Shown piece by piece: positions 28,026 to 40,599 of a DNA stretch of 64,000 nt. Both the position numbers and the translations under genes were made by a program. Source of the stretch: Dimorphilus gyrociliatus (Eukaryota > Animalia > Annelida); assembly GCA_904063045.1 (NCBI GenBank), contig CAJFCJ010000001.1, forward strand, positions 3,534,001-3,598,000, given 5' to 3'. The notes below the pieces were generated by a model. It worked only from the letters and a program-made list of their open reading frames with translations, did no database searches and was not told the origin of the DNA. The first letter of the stretch is position 1, and every line of letters starts with the position of its first letter.

Positions 28026-29101
28026 ACTGTTAATCTTCAACAGTATTTAGTTGTAAGTAGATTTAAAAGTGTTTTTTGTTGTATAAAAAAATGTAAAGAG
28101 ATTGGTTAAAGGAAAAAGTAAGAAATGAAGAGAAGATACTAAAAGCTAACAAATTTCTTCTTTTTCTTTTTTTTTAAAAAGAAAAATAACGAAAATAATA
28201 AAAAAGAGAATCGTCAATAAAATATCGATTTTCAAAAGAAAAACTAAATAAAAAGTGAACTAGACAAAAATTCAAAACTAAGAGAATTGAACGACGCCGT
28301 TTTATTGATATAAAAAAATATCCCTTTTCGCTCTCTTTCTCTCTCTCTCTCACTGTAATCTTTTCCCTTTTGCCCTTTAAATGCTCTTTTAACAGATTAA
28401 GAAAAGAGGTTAAATTAGGCGGGATAGAAGGAATAAAGGGTAGTTCGTTCAATAAGAAGGTAGGATAAGAACATAAGAAAAGGTTTTAAATACTACTACT
28501 GAGGTAATAGTACAAACATTTATGAGGGGATAGAGAGAGAGAGGGAGAGAGAGCGCACGCACACAAAGACAAAGAAGAATAAATGAAATAGAAGGGAAAA
28601 TTAACCACAAGAGACTCTACAAAATGAAAAAAATAAAACAAACTTACGGCTGAGTATATTTCCAATAAGAAAGATGGTCGCCCGTTGTATAGCAACGATT
28701 CCGTTTGTCAAACGTTTCCATAACAACAAAAAGGCAAAATGGGAAAGATTGTGTACGTTTTTCTACAGACTATATATATATATATATTTGTGGCCGGATA
28801 ATTAGCCGTCGGCACTTTGTCGTTGACGCATTAAGACTAGCGAAACGTTCGAACTAAACAAGTTTTGTGAATAGAAACGTAAAATCGTGTCAATAACGTC
28901 GAACAACGAAATATAAATCCGCAAAAGTGCCCTGAACTATAATGATTATAGGGAGCACTTAAAAAAGAGAGAGAGGAAGATAAGGGTGGTCTCTTTCTAT
29001 AACTGTGCAACCTGAATATTTTTCTTTTCTCTCGTTCTTTTTCTCCCTTTTTTTTTTATTTTTACCTTTGGCGGCAGAGTTCACCTGCCAGATGGGAATC
29101 G

Positions 29102-30117
29102 ATGAAAACATGCTGTGCAGGTAATTTCCTTACGAAAATTGCCTATCCTCTTATGGAAGGCGTTCAAAAAAATTGATCATTTACATGTAACAATTCTATT
29201 TGTCTGTGTTTGTATGTTTTATTACTGAACGCTATCTTTCTCTTTGTCTTTGCTTACAACTTGTATTTATTTTCAAAAATATTGCCGAAAGCGACAGAGA
29301 GAGAGAAAGAGAAGGAAGGGGAAAGAAAGAGTAGAGGATAAAACACTTTAGCTTACCTTGTGGCGTCCTCCTCTCTTTATATTCTGTCTATCAAACACGA
29401 TTAACAAGTCTATTTATCTTAATACTGATGTTGAAGGATTTGTCATGTTAACTGGGCCTGCTGATACTACTACTATTACTACTACTATTTCTAAGGGGAA
29501 GCGTTTAAAAGTGAATATTTTCACGAGGCTAGGCAAGCTAGCTCCTGTTTTTGCTGATTTTCGAGATTGTCTGTTAAATATGCCGTGCAAACATTGTTTT
29601 TACCGTTAATGTTTGCTAAAGTTCGATTTATAGTGCGTTCAGGCCTAGAACATGGCCAATGCTATTTATTTAGTTGGAATTAATATTTCCGAAAATTCTG
29701 TGAAATTGATTAATATCATGTTTAAATTATAAAAGAAAAATGTGTATTCTTATTGACTTTTCTCCCTTTTTCACTCGCTTACTCTCTCTCTCTCTCTCTC
29801 TCTCTCCTAATGTTTTATCAAATTTTTAACCAGTTCCTATCCACACATACCCTTGGCTACTTAACCCTGAACTTGTCCAATCTGTCGGCGGATATGAAAG
29901 AAACGCACAGACCTTTAAGCTTTTGGTTGCTAGATCTTTTGCGTGTTCAATATTTATCTTTTGCTCTTAACTTTTCATTGGCTATGTTAATTTCTTTTAA
30001 AATTGACAAAACTACCTTCGAAATTGGCCGCCATACGATTGTTTGTTTGTAAAATAAACTATAAGTTTATTAATTTTCTATTCAAGGTATCCAAATAAGA
30101 TTAAAGAGACGAAAGAG

Positions 30118-30154
<37 letters not shown>

Positions 30155-31206
30155 ATCGGCTTTTTATTGAATATTTTCTAGAGAAATCTATTATTCTCAC
30201 GATTTGTTTATGTTATTCGTTTCTTTTATTCTAATAGAATAACAACAAACCTTTTATGATTTTCTTTACTTTTATTAAGTAGACAAGTAGAACGAAATAC
30301 ATTTACACCGTTTTTATGACACAAACTCTTGTATATTGTATATACAAGTAATAATATAAGTATATACATACAAACAAAACATACATTCTACACTTGTTCA
30401 TTCATTCATTCATTCATTCATTCTAGAACCTCTTGTCTATCCCCACTCTCTTATTTTCTATCTCCTTCCACTCAACCATACTTTACTTTAATCTTTCCTC
30501 TTAATTCTTTCACCCAACTTTTCCCTCACAAATCCAAGTGCATTAATTATCTTCGAGACCTTTTCCCAATTTTTTAGTTTATCCTATTTTTATCTTTTTT
30601 CTCTTCGTCATTCATTTCGTTTACTCAACGATCTACTATGGTATTTACATTTTTAAACCCTATCTTTCACTCATCCGATTACTCACTTAATCTTTTCAGA
30701 CCAATCCAACCGTTAATTTGATAATCAAACACTATTCCAGTCTGTTCGACGCCTTTCCCATCGACCCGTCCCGTGCTTTGTCTTTTTAAACGCGCTCGTC
30801 TACCTGAAAGAGTTTACAGCGTCTATCTATCATGCAGCTCCATCTACAGTCTAAATGGTGAACGATTTATCTAGAGAAAAAGGCCACGAGCTAGAGGATA
30901 GAGTTATGAGTGAGTGGGAGGAACACAGAAAGAGAGAGAGAGAGAGAGGGGGGGCTGAGTGGAATAAATAAGAAATTATTAGAAAAGACTTATGAAAAAA
31001 TCTCTTTTTTAAGAAGAAAGAAAGAAAGAAAAAGAGGTTTTTGAACGTTTTGAACGTGACTACTTTTGCAGATTGATAAAGAATTCATGTTATCCTCTTA
31101 AGCATCTCTCTTTTTGTTTGCTTTCTTTTTTCTTCGGAAAAATTCTCCTATTAAAGTAGAATTTGGTAAACTTTTATGAAAAAGTTTCATGTCAAAGGAG
31201 AATAGA

Positions 31207-31240
<34 letters not shown>

Positions 31241-32298
31241 GAAAGAAAGAAAGAAAGAATGTATTTGCTATTTTTATTGATCGGTAATTGTATGTAAATT
31301 AATCAGTGTTCAGTAAATGTTTAACTATTTCGTAAACAAAACTAATCCTTTATTATAGCGATTAAACCGGTTGCCGATTGCTGTTGCATAGCCGAAGGCA
31401 GACAATTTAGTAAAGAATATTTTGAAAATGCGGTTGAATGCATCTCCTATTTTCGGCCCGTTGTCAATTGCCTGAAGACTCGGAACGACATATGCCAAAC
31501 TTTTACTCATGAAACGTTAATTCTCTCCCTAGGAGCTACCTGCGGTGAGCTTTGATATATACCCAACATACTAACACAGATTCCATTTTTAGACGGCCTT
31601 TCGCCGTTTCTTTCAACTGATTTTATTGCCATTTCTCCACTCTACACTTGCCTTTACTATGCACATTTTGCTCTTCGTTTTACCTACTTATTACATCCAC
31701 TCGCTATACCGTATCTTTCACCATTGTTCATTCTTCTCTTACAGATACAATGACTAAATATTGCAAGTTGAGCAATGTCGAAGAAAGGCTATGCCTTAAT
31801 ATCTCCAAGTCGTTAAAAAGAGATGGAACGGGTAAGAGAGTATTAATTTTCATTTTTGTCTTCCATTCTAGAAATGAATTCTTTAACTGTCGTTTACAAC
31901 TCTTTTCCGTAGATTGCGTTGACTGGCGAAAAATTTTCGCCCTCTGTTCCAAATGCTCCGCTCATTATGCTTGGTTTCTTTTCGCCAAACAAATTCATAG
32001 TTTATCAGTGCAATTTCAGCCTATTGTACCAGAAACGCTTCGAGTAATTTATCAGCGAATCAAGACTTTTCCCTATAATTGCAGTTTGGAAGAGATGACA
32101 CAGGCTATGCCTATGCACGGTAAAGTTTACGAACAGACAAAGTTCCTCGATACCTTTAAGGGGAGGATTAGAAAAACGCCCTCGGTTGGTTTGTCAGGGT
32201 CGTCGGAAACGTCCAAAGGACGCTTCATTTCCATCTGTACGATAATAACGATGATAAAGCTGTACGAAAAAATTTCTATATATAATTTCTATATTTAG
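29102..32298 (+). CDS. Uncharacterised Cys-rich protein, probably a highly divergent NCS/KChIP-like EF-hand protein; exons 29102..29120, 31359..31544, 31745..31831, 31913..(32119 or 32298)
   Basis: Four exons join through three consecutive phase-1 GT..AG introns without stops: MKTCCAAIKPVADCCCIAEGRQFSKEYFENAVECISYFRPVVNCLKTRNDICQTFTHETLILSLGATCGDTMTKYCKLSNVEERLCLNISKSLKRDGTDCVDWRKIFALCSKCSAHYAWFLFAKQIHSLSVQFQPIVPETLRVIYQRIKTFPYNCSLEEMTQAMPMHG... The 3' end is uncertain. The family call is by-eye resemblance only. Confidence 0.6.
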
Positions 32299-32848
32299 TA
32301 AGGAAAGGAGAGAAATTAATATAGTCTAAATATGGAAAGACAAAGAAAGGAAAAGAAGAAGACAAACAAACAAACTTTGAGATCAAATACAAACTTTTGA
32401 TAAATTATTTTCTCTTTGTTTTGTGACCAAGTTTTCTTTTCTTTCTTTCCTTCTCTTCTCTCTTCTTATTTAAATAATTCAATTATACTTTAACTCGTCT
32501 ATTAGCCTATCGATTCTCTTTGATAATTCAACAAAAACACAACTCGATTATACATTTATAACAAGCGTACTACTAGGCCTGTTAACCTAATTAATTAAAT
32601 ATATAGTATAAACCGTATTCGAGGTCGTCAATCTTATGAATATTCAAATTTTTTCAATCCAATCGTTAACTTTTTATTACCGCACCTTTTCATTCTACTT
32701 TAAATATTTTCTTTCTCATTAATTTTCCAGGCGTCTCTTTTAAAATATAGATAAAACAAAAAAGTGACGCCTACAAAATCGATGAGTTTATGTATTGTTA
32801 TCCTAGTCGCCATGATGAACGACGCCATTATTTATTGAACATTTCATA

Positions 32849-34544
32849 GTGAACAATAAAATTATGGACGCTGGTCCTGATGGATCGTCTTTGGAACGTT
32901 CTACCTCTTGGCAAAGTGGTATTAAACCCTTGGGTTCGTCCCAATCTATAAGATCTTTCTCTAAAGGTGGACGTATTTCCGCCCTGGCAACGCCTCCTCG
33001 TTCAAGAAGCGACAATCTTCAAAAGAACAATGCAAACAACACGGATAAATATCTTATTGGTCGCCCGGAAGCTGACGTCATATTTGTCAACGAGCTTGAA
33101 AAACAATATGAATGTGTAGCGTGTAATAAGGTATTGAGATACGCTGTTCAATTTAAAGCGTGCGAACATCGTTGCTGTTCCGCTTGTTTACCGCAATTGA
33201 TGAAAGTTGAACCGAGATGTCCAATTGATCAGATCAAAATTGAAAAGCAGAATATCCGCGTCGATAAAACTTTTCAAAAGGAAGTAGACGCCCTAGAGAT
33301 ATTATGCTCTTTCAAGGAGAAGGGCTGCGAATGGGCCGGCTATCTGGGAGAATTGAACGTTCATCTCAGCGATTGTCTTTACAGAGTAATCAAATGTCCT
33401 ATGGGTTGCGAGGTCGACCTCGAAAAGAGGTTTGTTGACAAACACGTCGAAGAGGATTGCGTAAAAAGATTGGTTCCATGCGAATATTGCCATGAGAATT
33501 TCATTTATGAAGAGGAGGAATTGCATTTGGAAGATTGCCAGAAATTTCCAATTGAATGTCCAAACAAATGCGGTATATCGAAAATAGCAAAAGATGAAGT
33601 GAAGGTACACTTGGAGGAGGAATGCCCTAGACAGCTAACGGATTGTTTGTTCGTCCGGGCCGGATGCGAATATAAGGTAGGCTAAACGCTTTATTCTCTT
33701 TTCCTTTTAAATGTTTTTTTTAGAAGCCAATCGAAGCTTTGTCTTCTTCAGTAATAAGATAGATAGAGAGAGAGAGAGAAAGATAACCCTCCAAATAAGA
33801 ATTTGTTTTTTTTCAGTGCGAAAGAAACGAAATGGATATACACATGAAAGAGAACTTTAAGGATCATCTCAAAATGGCCATTAGGAACATTACGGCGAAT
33901 GATAAATCTTTGAGAATATTCTCCAAATCTCTTCAAGCCCAAAATGAACGTGTTAACGTTGTTGAAGAACAGGTAGTGGGCCTTGAGAAACTATACGGTT
34001 CTCAACTCCTATGGAAAATTGATAAGCATTCAGAGAAGATGGCCGAAGCTAAAAGTGGAAAGAAGCCTACTATCTATAGTCCAACTTTTCTTACGAACAG
34101 ACACGGCTATAGACTGGCCCTGTCGTCTAGCCTTTATGGAGATGGTAAAGGTAATATAAATCAATTAAATATCCCAATAAGCGTTTGTACATGAATGATG
34201 TGTCTTTGTCAACAGCTAGAGGGCAGACGATGTCCTTGTACGTTTCAATTTGTAAGGGGGAATACGACGCTCTACTCAAGTGGCCTTTTACTCATAAGAT
34301 AACATTTACTCTGATCGATCAATGCGAAAACTTGAACGAGAGAAAGAATATAGATTATACGATAAAGCCGAATCTTTGTAAGGAGAACTTGTCGTTCCTA
34401 TCAAAGCCGATAGGGGATAGAAACGCTTCGTTCGGAGCTCAGAAATTTATTGAATTGGACGTTTTAAAAACGAGAGATTACACAAAAAACGACTGTTTAT
34501 ACATAAAGGTTGCAGTCGACAGCGAAGATATGCCACTCTTGTAA
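32849..34544 (+). CDS. TRAF: TNF receptor-associated factor (RING, five zinc fingers, coiled coil, MATH), TRAF4/6-like, 496 aa; exons 32849..33676, 33817..34150, 34216..34544
   Basis: RING CVAC..CEHRCCSAC..CPID, five CxnC..H..C TRAF fingers, and MATH motifs LLWKI, YSPTF...GYRLAL, SLYV..KGEYDALLKWPF.KITFTLIDQ, FGAQKFI. The introns (phase 0 and phase 1) splice in frame. The subfamily is not resolved. Confidence 0.93.
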
Positions 34545-36127
34545 TAATTCAAGTGTTAACGAGAAAGAAGTATACAATAGAATCAAAGCAGAGATTAAAC
34601 AGCTAATGCTCTGCTCATTTGGTCGTTAATATTTTATTTTATTTGCAGTGTATACGCTAAATATAGTATATGTATTTATATACATACATATGTATTCTAA
34701 TATTTTGGTGATGCACTTTTCTTGTGGTATATAACTGGAGCACTTAAAGGAGAAAGGATAAAAAATTCCCTTCATTTTCACAGAAAAACCCAATATTTAA
34801 CAACGTAACTTTATCAATCTATTCTATTTTTATCAAGTATTTGAATAAATAAAATTTCCATTAATGATTAACCGTCTCCAGTCTCGTCAGTAGTCCGACT
34901 TGACGAAAGATACTTCTTAATAGTCCTCTTTTTTCTTCTCCGTCCTTCTGCATACTTTTCACCTCTTCCTTTATTTTTCTTTACCAAGAATTAAAGCTAT
35001 TTTTGTACCATTTATTATAAATTATTCTTCTCTTTGCTATTAAATTTAGTTGTGTTTTTTTTTTCTTTTTCTTCTTCTTCTTCTTCTTCTTATGTTAATA
35101 TATTTTTGCTCTAGTCGTCTTTTGTTCTTACTAGACTGTCAGTAACGTTCTAATTGGTCAAATACCTCCAACAGCGACATGTTTTTATAAGCGGCTGCAA
35201 GGTCAAAATGCAGCTTAATAAAGCTTTTGTAGTATATATATAAAGTATACTACATATGAAACTAATTGAATTATTTAGATATACATAGAGACAAGTACAT
35301 AGATGGATAGATAGCTGGCTAGCTGGCTAGATAGATAGATAGATAGAGCGTTTGCCAGAGAGGGGGGGGGAGGGGAGTTGGCACGCGGCGGTAAGGAGGC
35401 GGATGGAGAGGAGGAGAATATAAAAGACCAATCCAAAACGAATAGGACAGTATAGCAGGATTCGTTTTAAAACTATTAGCATTTTGAGGGGCGAAAAAGT
35501 TGTCATGACTCGCTTGCAGAGTAGTTGAATTAGATAGATTTAGAGGGGTGTGGGCGCCAGAGAGCTAGAGTAGGAGGAGGAGAAGGAGGAGGAGGAAAGA
35601 AGAGATTATATATAAATGTGTCTATGACCAATTAATCATTTGTGTTAAGCGAAAAGGTTGAATGACGTATGAAACAAGTACAATAGGTATTTAGTTGGGC
35701 GAATTGAGGCAATTGTGTGACATTTGGACAACGAGAAGAGAAAAAGTATGAAATGTCATAAAAATTCCTCTCTCAATTTCCACTTATTTCGAAGGCGTAA
35801 ACAATAAAGAAAAAGGCAAATAGAACATTTGAAAAAGAAAGAATGAAACTACTAAAATTGACATCCGAAATCACGAAAAAGTGTGATAAAAATTCATGTT
35901 AACAAGCTAAAAATAAATTAATAACTAATAAGAAAAAACATGCTTGAATAAATAAATTTTCTGTTATTTTACTCCTTTTCTTTCTTTCTTTCTTTCTTCC
36001 TTCCTTTCTTCCTTCGTTCCTTTCATTCAAATAGAAGATAATTATTTTTTCAACTTTTCTCTTGAATCTTTTGAAAAACGAGACGACCAACTAACGCACG
36101 TTATACAATCACAAGTCGCCCGCTCTC

Positions 36128-36158
<31 letters not shown>

Positions 36159-36590
36159 CACTCATGATTTCTTTCTCCTATACTCACTCGCTCATTCGCC
36201 TCCTAACTTCTCGGATAAGATACTCAAAATTACTTACTTCAGGTATCATTTTAAACAAAAAATAAGGCGAAAAAAGAGAGGAAGATAAACGAGAAGGATA
36301 TTATAAAGAATAGCGCTGTAAAAGGAGAGAAGAAAATAATTAGCCCAAATAAGAAAAGGATTATATAAAAATAGAAGAAGAAGAAGAAGGAAAGGAGAAT
36401 AAGAGAGAGACAGAGAGACAGAGAGAAAGAGAGAAAGAGTGAACGAGAGAGCGACCGAAAAAGAGAAAAAGAGAAAGAAAAATAAAGACAGAGAAAAAGA
36501 TTTTCTTCCCACTCAACCTACGTACGAATCCGGCGAGCCTATATCCGCCCTCTACAGTCTTATCTCTCCCATTTTCCCCAACTTTTTCCA

Positions 36591-37313
36591 ATGCTCCTCT
36601 CGCAAATAACTTTCTTAGTGTCTTTTACGGTTCTTTTTCATGCCTCCGAAAGTTCTGGTCTAAAAGTGAAAAAGAGAAAGCATTTTCTCTTTGATTGGTT
36701 TACCATTCCAATTGAAAAGAAGAGGAGTTTTGGTTTTGGTCACACGGATCTAAACGAAATTGCCGCTAAAAGAGCCGATATACTTTTTGATTCCTTCGAT
36801 TTTAATCGTAAGTACAAGAATAAGGCCTATTATTTCTTTTGTTTCTTTTCTTATATGTCATTTTTTTTCTATAATTCTCTCTCTCTCTCTCTCTCTCTCC
36901 TTTTCTCCTCTCTTACTTTCTTTTTACAACATTTCTGTCGCTACAGAAGACAGAAACACTTGTTTGTTTGTTTGTTTTGTTGATTGTTTGCTATGTTTTG
37001 TTTTGTTTATTTTCTTTTGCTGCATTCTTATCTAAATCTCTTCCAATTTTTCTATATGTTTTTTTCTTTCTCTTTCTCTCTCTCTGCACAATTTTTCCTT
37101 TTACTTCAATATAAATACGATATACTGTATACATACATACATACACGTATATATGAAATAGATGATGAAAAGATTGATAGAAGCGAGATGAAGCAAATGA
37201 TGTACTTGCTCGCTCTAGAAGAATCTTTATGGCCAAACGGCTTTGGACAGAGCCATCGTAACGGCATATTTAGGAAGAAAAAATCTGAAAGTATTGAACA
37301 AATTTTATTTTAA
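36591..37313 (+). CDS. Small secreted prohormone-like protein with one EF-hand, 122 aa; exons 36591..36807 and 37162..37313
   Basis: Hydrophobic signal peptide MLLSQITFLVSFTVLFHASES; basic sites KKRK, KKR, KR, RKKK. A phase-1 intron (C|GTAAGT 36808 ... AAATAG 37161) joins FDSFDFN to HDEKIDRSEMKQMM, giving the canonical loop DFNHDEKIDRSE. Confidence 0.72.
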
Positions 37314-40103
37314 AAGAAGTCAATGAAAATATAAAAAATAAAAAAAAAAAAAACAAAAAATAAATAAAATACTAAATAAATAATTAACTAACTAATTAAC
37401 TAATTAATTAATTAATCAAATGGATGGATGGAGAAGACGACAATGGTTGTGATGGTTGTGATGTTGATAAGAGATGAAAAAAAGCGAAAAAAGTTTAAAA
37501 AACGCAACGGATATAAAAGTAAAGTATACAAATATTGAAATGAAAATTCTTCAACAACTTTTATGAAACGACGAAGCGAAGAAAAAAAAACCTCAAAAAA
37601 AAGTGAACAACTTGCATGCAAAAAATCAAGTTGACAGTCTTTTAAATTTTTTCTGTTGTCTTTTATCATTTTTAATATAAACAAACAAAATATGGAATCA
37701 GAGTGCACACAAACTTTTTGTTATCTATTTCTTCTTTCGTATTTTATAGAATTTTGTTTGTAGATCAATTTTATCTGTAATTTCTTCATATCTGTCTCTC
37801 TGCCTGTCTTTTTTTTTCTCTCTCTCTCTCTCTTTCTCGCTCTTTTATTTATTCTCTCACTTTCATTCGCTCACTCTCACTCACTCTCTCTCATATTCGT
37901 CGTTTGCACTTTCAACTTGAAAACTCACAGCAGCATCTTAAATGTTTTTCTATTTATAGCAGTTGATAAAATAATATACATAAAGGAGAAGAATTTATAA
38001 TATCCTTTGAGGATAACAAGGGACGTTTACAATAAATTTTTGAACGATTCAATTATTAATTCTGAATAAATACTTGACAACATTCTATTGTTTTTTCTTT
38101 CATTTTTATCTTTCATTTTAGTATTTTAAACTAGTTTTTAATTATCTTCCTAAGCGAATAAAACCTACTTCCGGATTCTATTAATATTTATTGATTTAAC
38201 ACCAATAATACCAGCTTTCTGGACTTGTTTATTTTTTCTTTCTTTCTATCCGCTTCTCTTTCACCCTCTATATTTCTCACCTTGTTTTTCAATTACTATT
38301 CCAATTCTCGCCTGGTCACCGCCGTCTCTCTTTCGCCAAGTTCTGTGCGCTTGGCGCCATCTATTGGATTAGCTGAGGAAAAAAGAGCGTGTTCTCTTGA
38401 GAAGAAAGTCAAAGACAAGAGTGGAAGTTGGTTGGGGGCAGAGGGGAGAGGCAGAGAGAAAAAGAGAGGAAAAGATAGAAAGAAAAAAGTATATCTTTCA
38501 ACTAATAGAGGGATATAATACAAGTAAAATATTAGTTGGGTGTCTATTTAATTGTTTGCCGTCTACTCGATTTACCTTTTGAATTAATGTTAATGAAGAG
38601 GATATAATAAATAATTATACGTAAATAAACAGTAAATAGTTTATATACACAAGTATATAGGTGAATAGTGAACTGGTATTTGAAAGATAAACTCAATAAA
38701 CCCTTATGCTTAATGTCAATATGCACGCATATTTGGCCTTTTCCGACTAGGAAATACATTTCAACTAATCGTATTTTATCAATTTGTATCACATTTGAAA
38801 AGGTGTTGGGCTCTGTTGGAAAATTAGTGTCGGAGGGGGAGGAGGAGGAGGAGTAGGAGGCGAGGAGGAGGGACGGAGACTAAAATATTGGGAAATTTCA
38901 TTAGCATGGTTTTATTATACCGGAGGGAGCAATAAAAAGATATTTGACAAGAATATTCCGAATATTTAGTTTAATACTTAAAAAGAGAGACAAGAGACAA
39001 TGAAGATATTTTCTTAATAGACGCCGAATTCTTTTAATAATCATAATCTGGATCAGAATCATAATAAAACACCTAATACAAACAAATAAGCCATACTTAA
39101 AAACAGTAACTCGTCAACTTTAAAAGTAAATCATTAATGATTTATTAAATAGGTCAAATACGCGGAAAATGAAATCAATTAGTTGTATCCTTGTCTTTTA
39201 AATATGTAAATTCAAAGCGTGTTGACAGGCACTCTAGTTGTTAAACCATCCATCAAAGGATGCAGTCAGTTTAGTCAATAATCACTTTGATTAAGAAAGA
39301 TTAAGGTCATCTCTCATCTAACTATTCTCGTCCGATCTCCGTCATCATCTTATCAATAATCATTAGGCCTCTATCCAAAAAAAATCTGTCATTTAAGTAG
39401 GCTTGCGACGAAATTCCATTACATTTATAGGCCTAAGGCTAAGTGGTGATTATCAGGCAAAGATCCCGATGGAATTATGAGTATCGATTCGTATGAAACT
39501 CGTATTTTTAATCACGTGACATTACGATAAACGAAAGAAGAGAAAGAGAAGAAAAGAAATGAGAAAAGTGGGATAATACGCAATTGATGAAGACGAGAAA
39601 AGTGTGTCGATGTGAAGTGAAGATTATGTAGCTTCCCCGCCCAACGACGTTGTAGGGTTAAGTGAGAAAGTCGACAAAATTCCTTATCCACCTGTCTGTT
39701 AGTCTGACAGCAAAGGTATGTATATATATATATAGAAAGAGGGAGAGACAGACGGACAGACAAACAGAGAGAGAGAGAGAGTTGAGCATCTTAACGTCTT
39801 TAGTTGATTTACTCGATATACAAAATCTACAGCCTATATACTTGTATCTAGTATATATTAAAAATAGTCCAAATACGATAGAAAGGGAAAAATGAATAGA
39901 AAATATTTAATAAAAAAAGAAAACTAATAAAAATCTATGATATTGGCAGAAATCTGTATCTATATATGGAATTTTTACAATATGTTACAAATATCTATGT
40001 TTCATAAAATTATTCATCATATTCATTCAAAGTCAATTGTCTCATTTTTATGATTGAATAAGTACAATACGCTCTTTTAAGTTCTTTTCTTTTGTCGTAC
40101 AAC

Positions 40104-40142
<39 letters not shown>

Positions 40143-40568
40143 TCTCTCAGCTAAACTTTCCCAGTTGTACAAATTACGAATGGGAAAAGAGAGAAACAAG
40201 GAAAGAAAGAAAGCGGAAAGAGGAAGGAGGAGAAATTGAAAAAAAAAAAACAAAGAGGAAATTGTACTTGCTCTGATTTGTTTGTTTGTTTGTTTGTTTT
40301 AAACATCCATTCTACCTACTTTATTTATCATCTCTTTCCTTTATATTTCAATATTCAAGTATTTATTTCGGGTTTATTGTTTATACTAGGAATCATACTG
40401 GCTTTTATGATTTAGTAGAAAATTGAGCAAAAGCCTTCTCTTCTACTCTTAACTTTTAAATAAACTATTTCCCTTTATAAACAGGACAATTAAATATTTA
40501 TACAAATCAAAAACAACCATTATCCTAACACTAGTTATCTTCCATTTCCTACTATTATTATTCTTCTA

Positions 40569-40599
<31 letters not shown>

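Noticed and set aside
32700-32849. Spliced-leader trans-splicing or operon explanation for the acceptor before TRAF
   Set aside because: No leader evidence can be seen in genomic DNA, and ordinary cis-splicing explains it. It is kept only as a read-through hypothesis.
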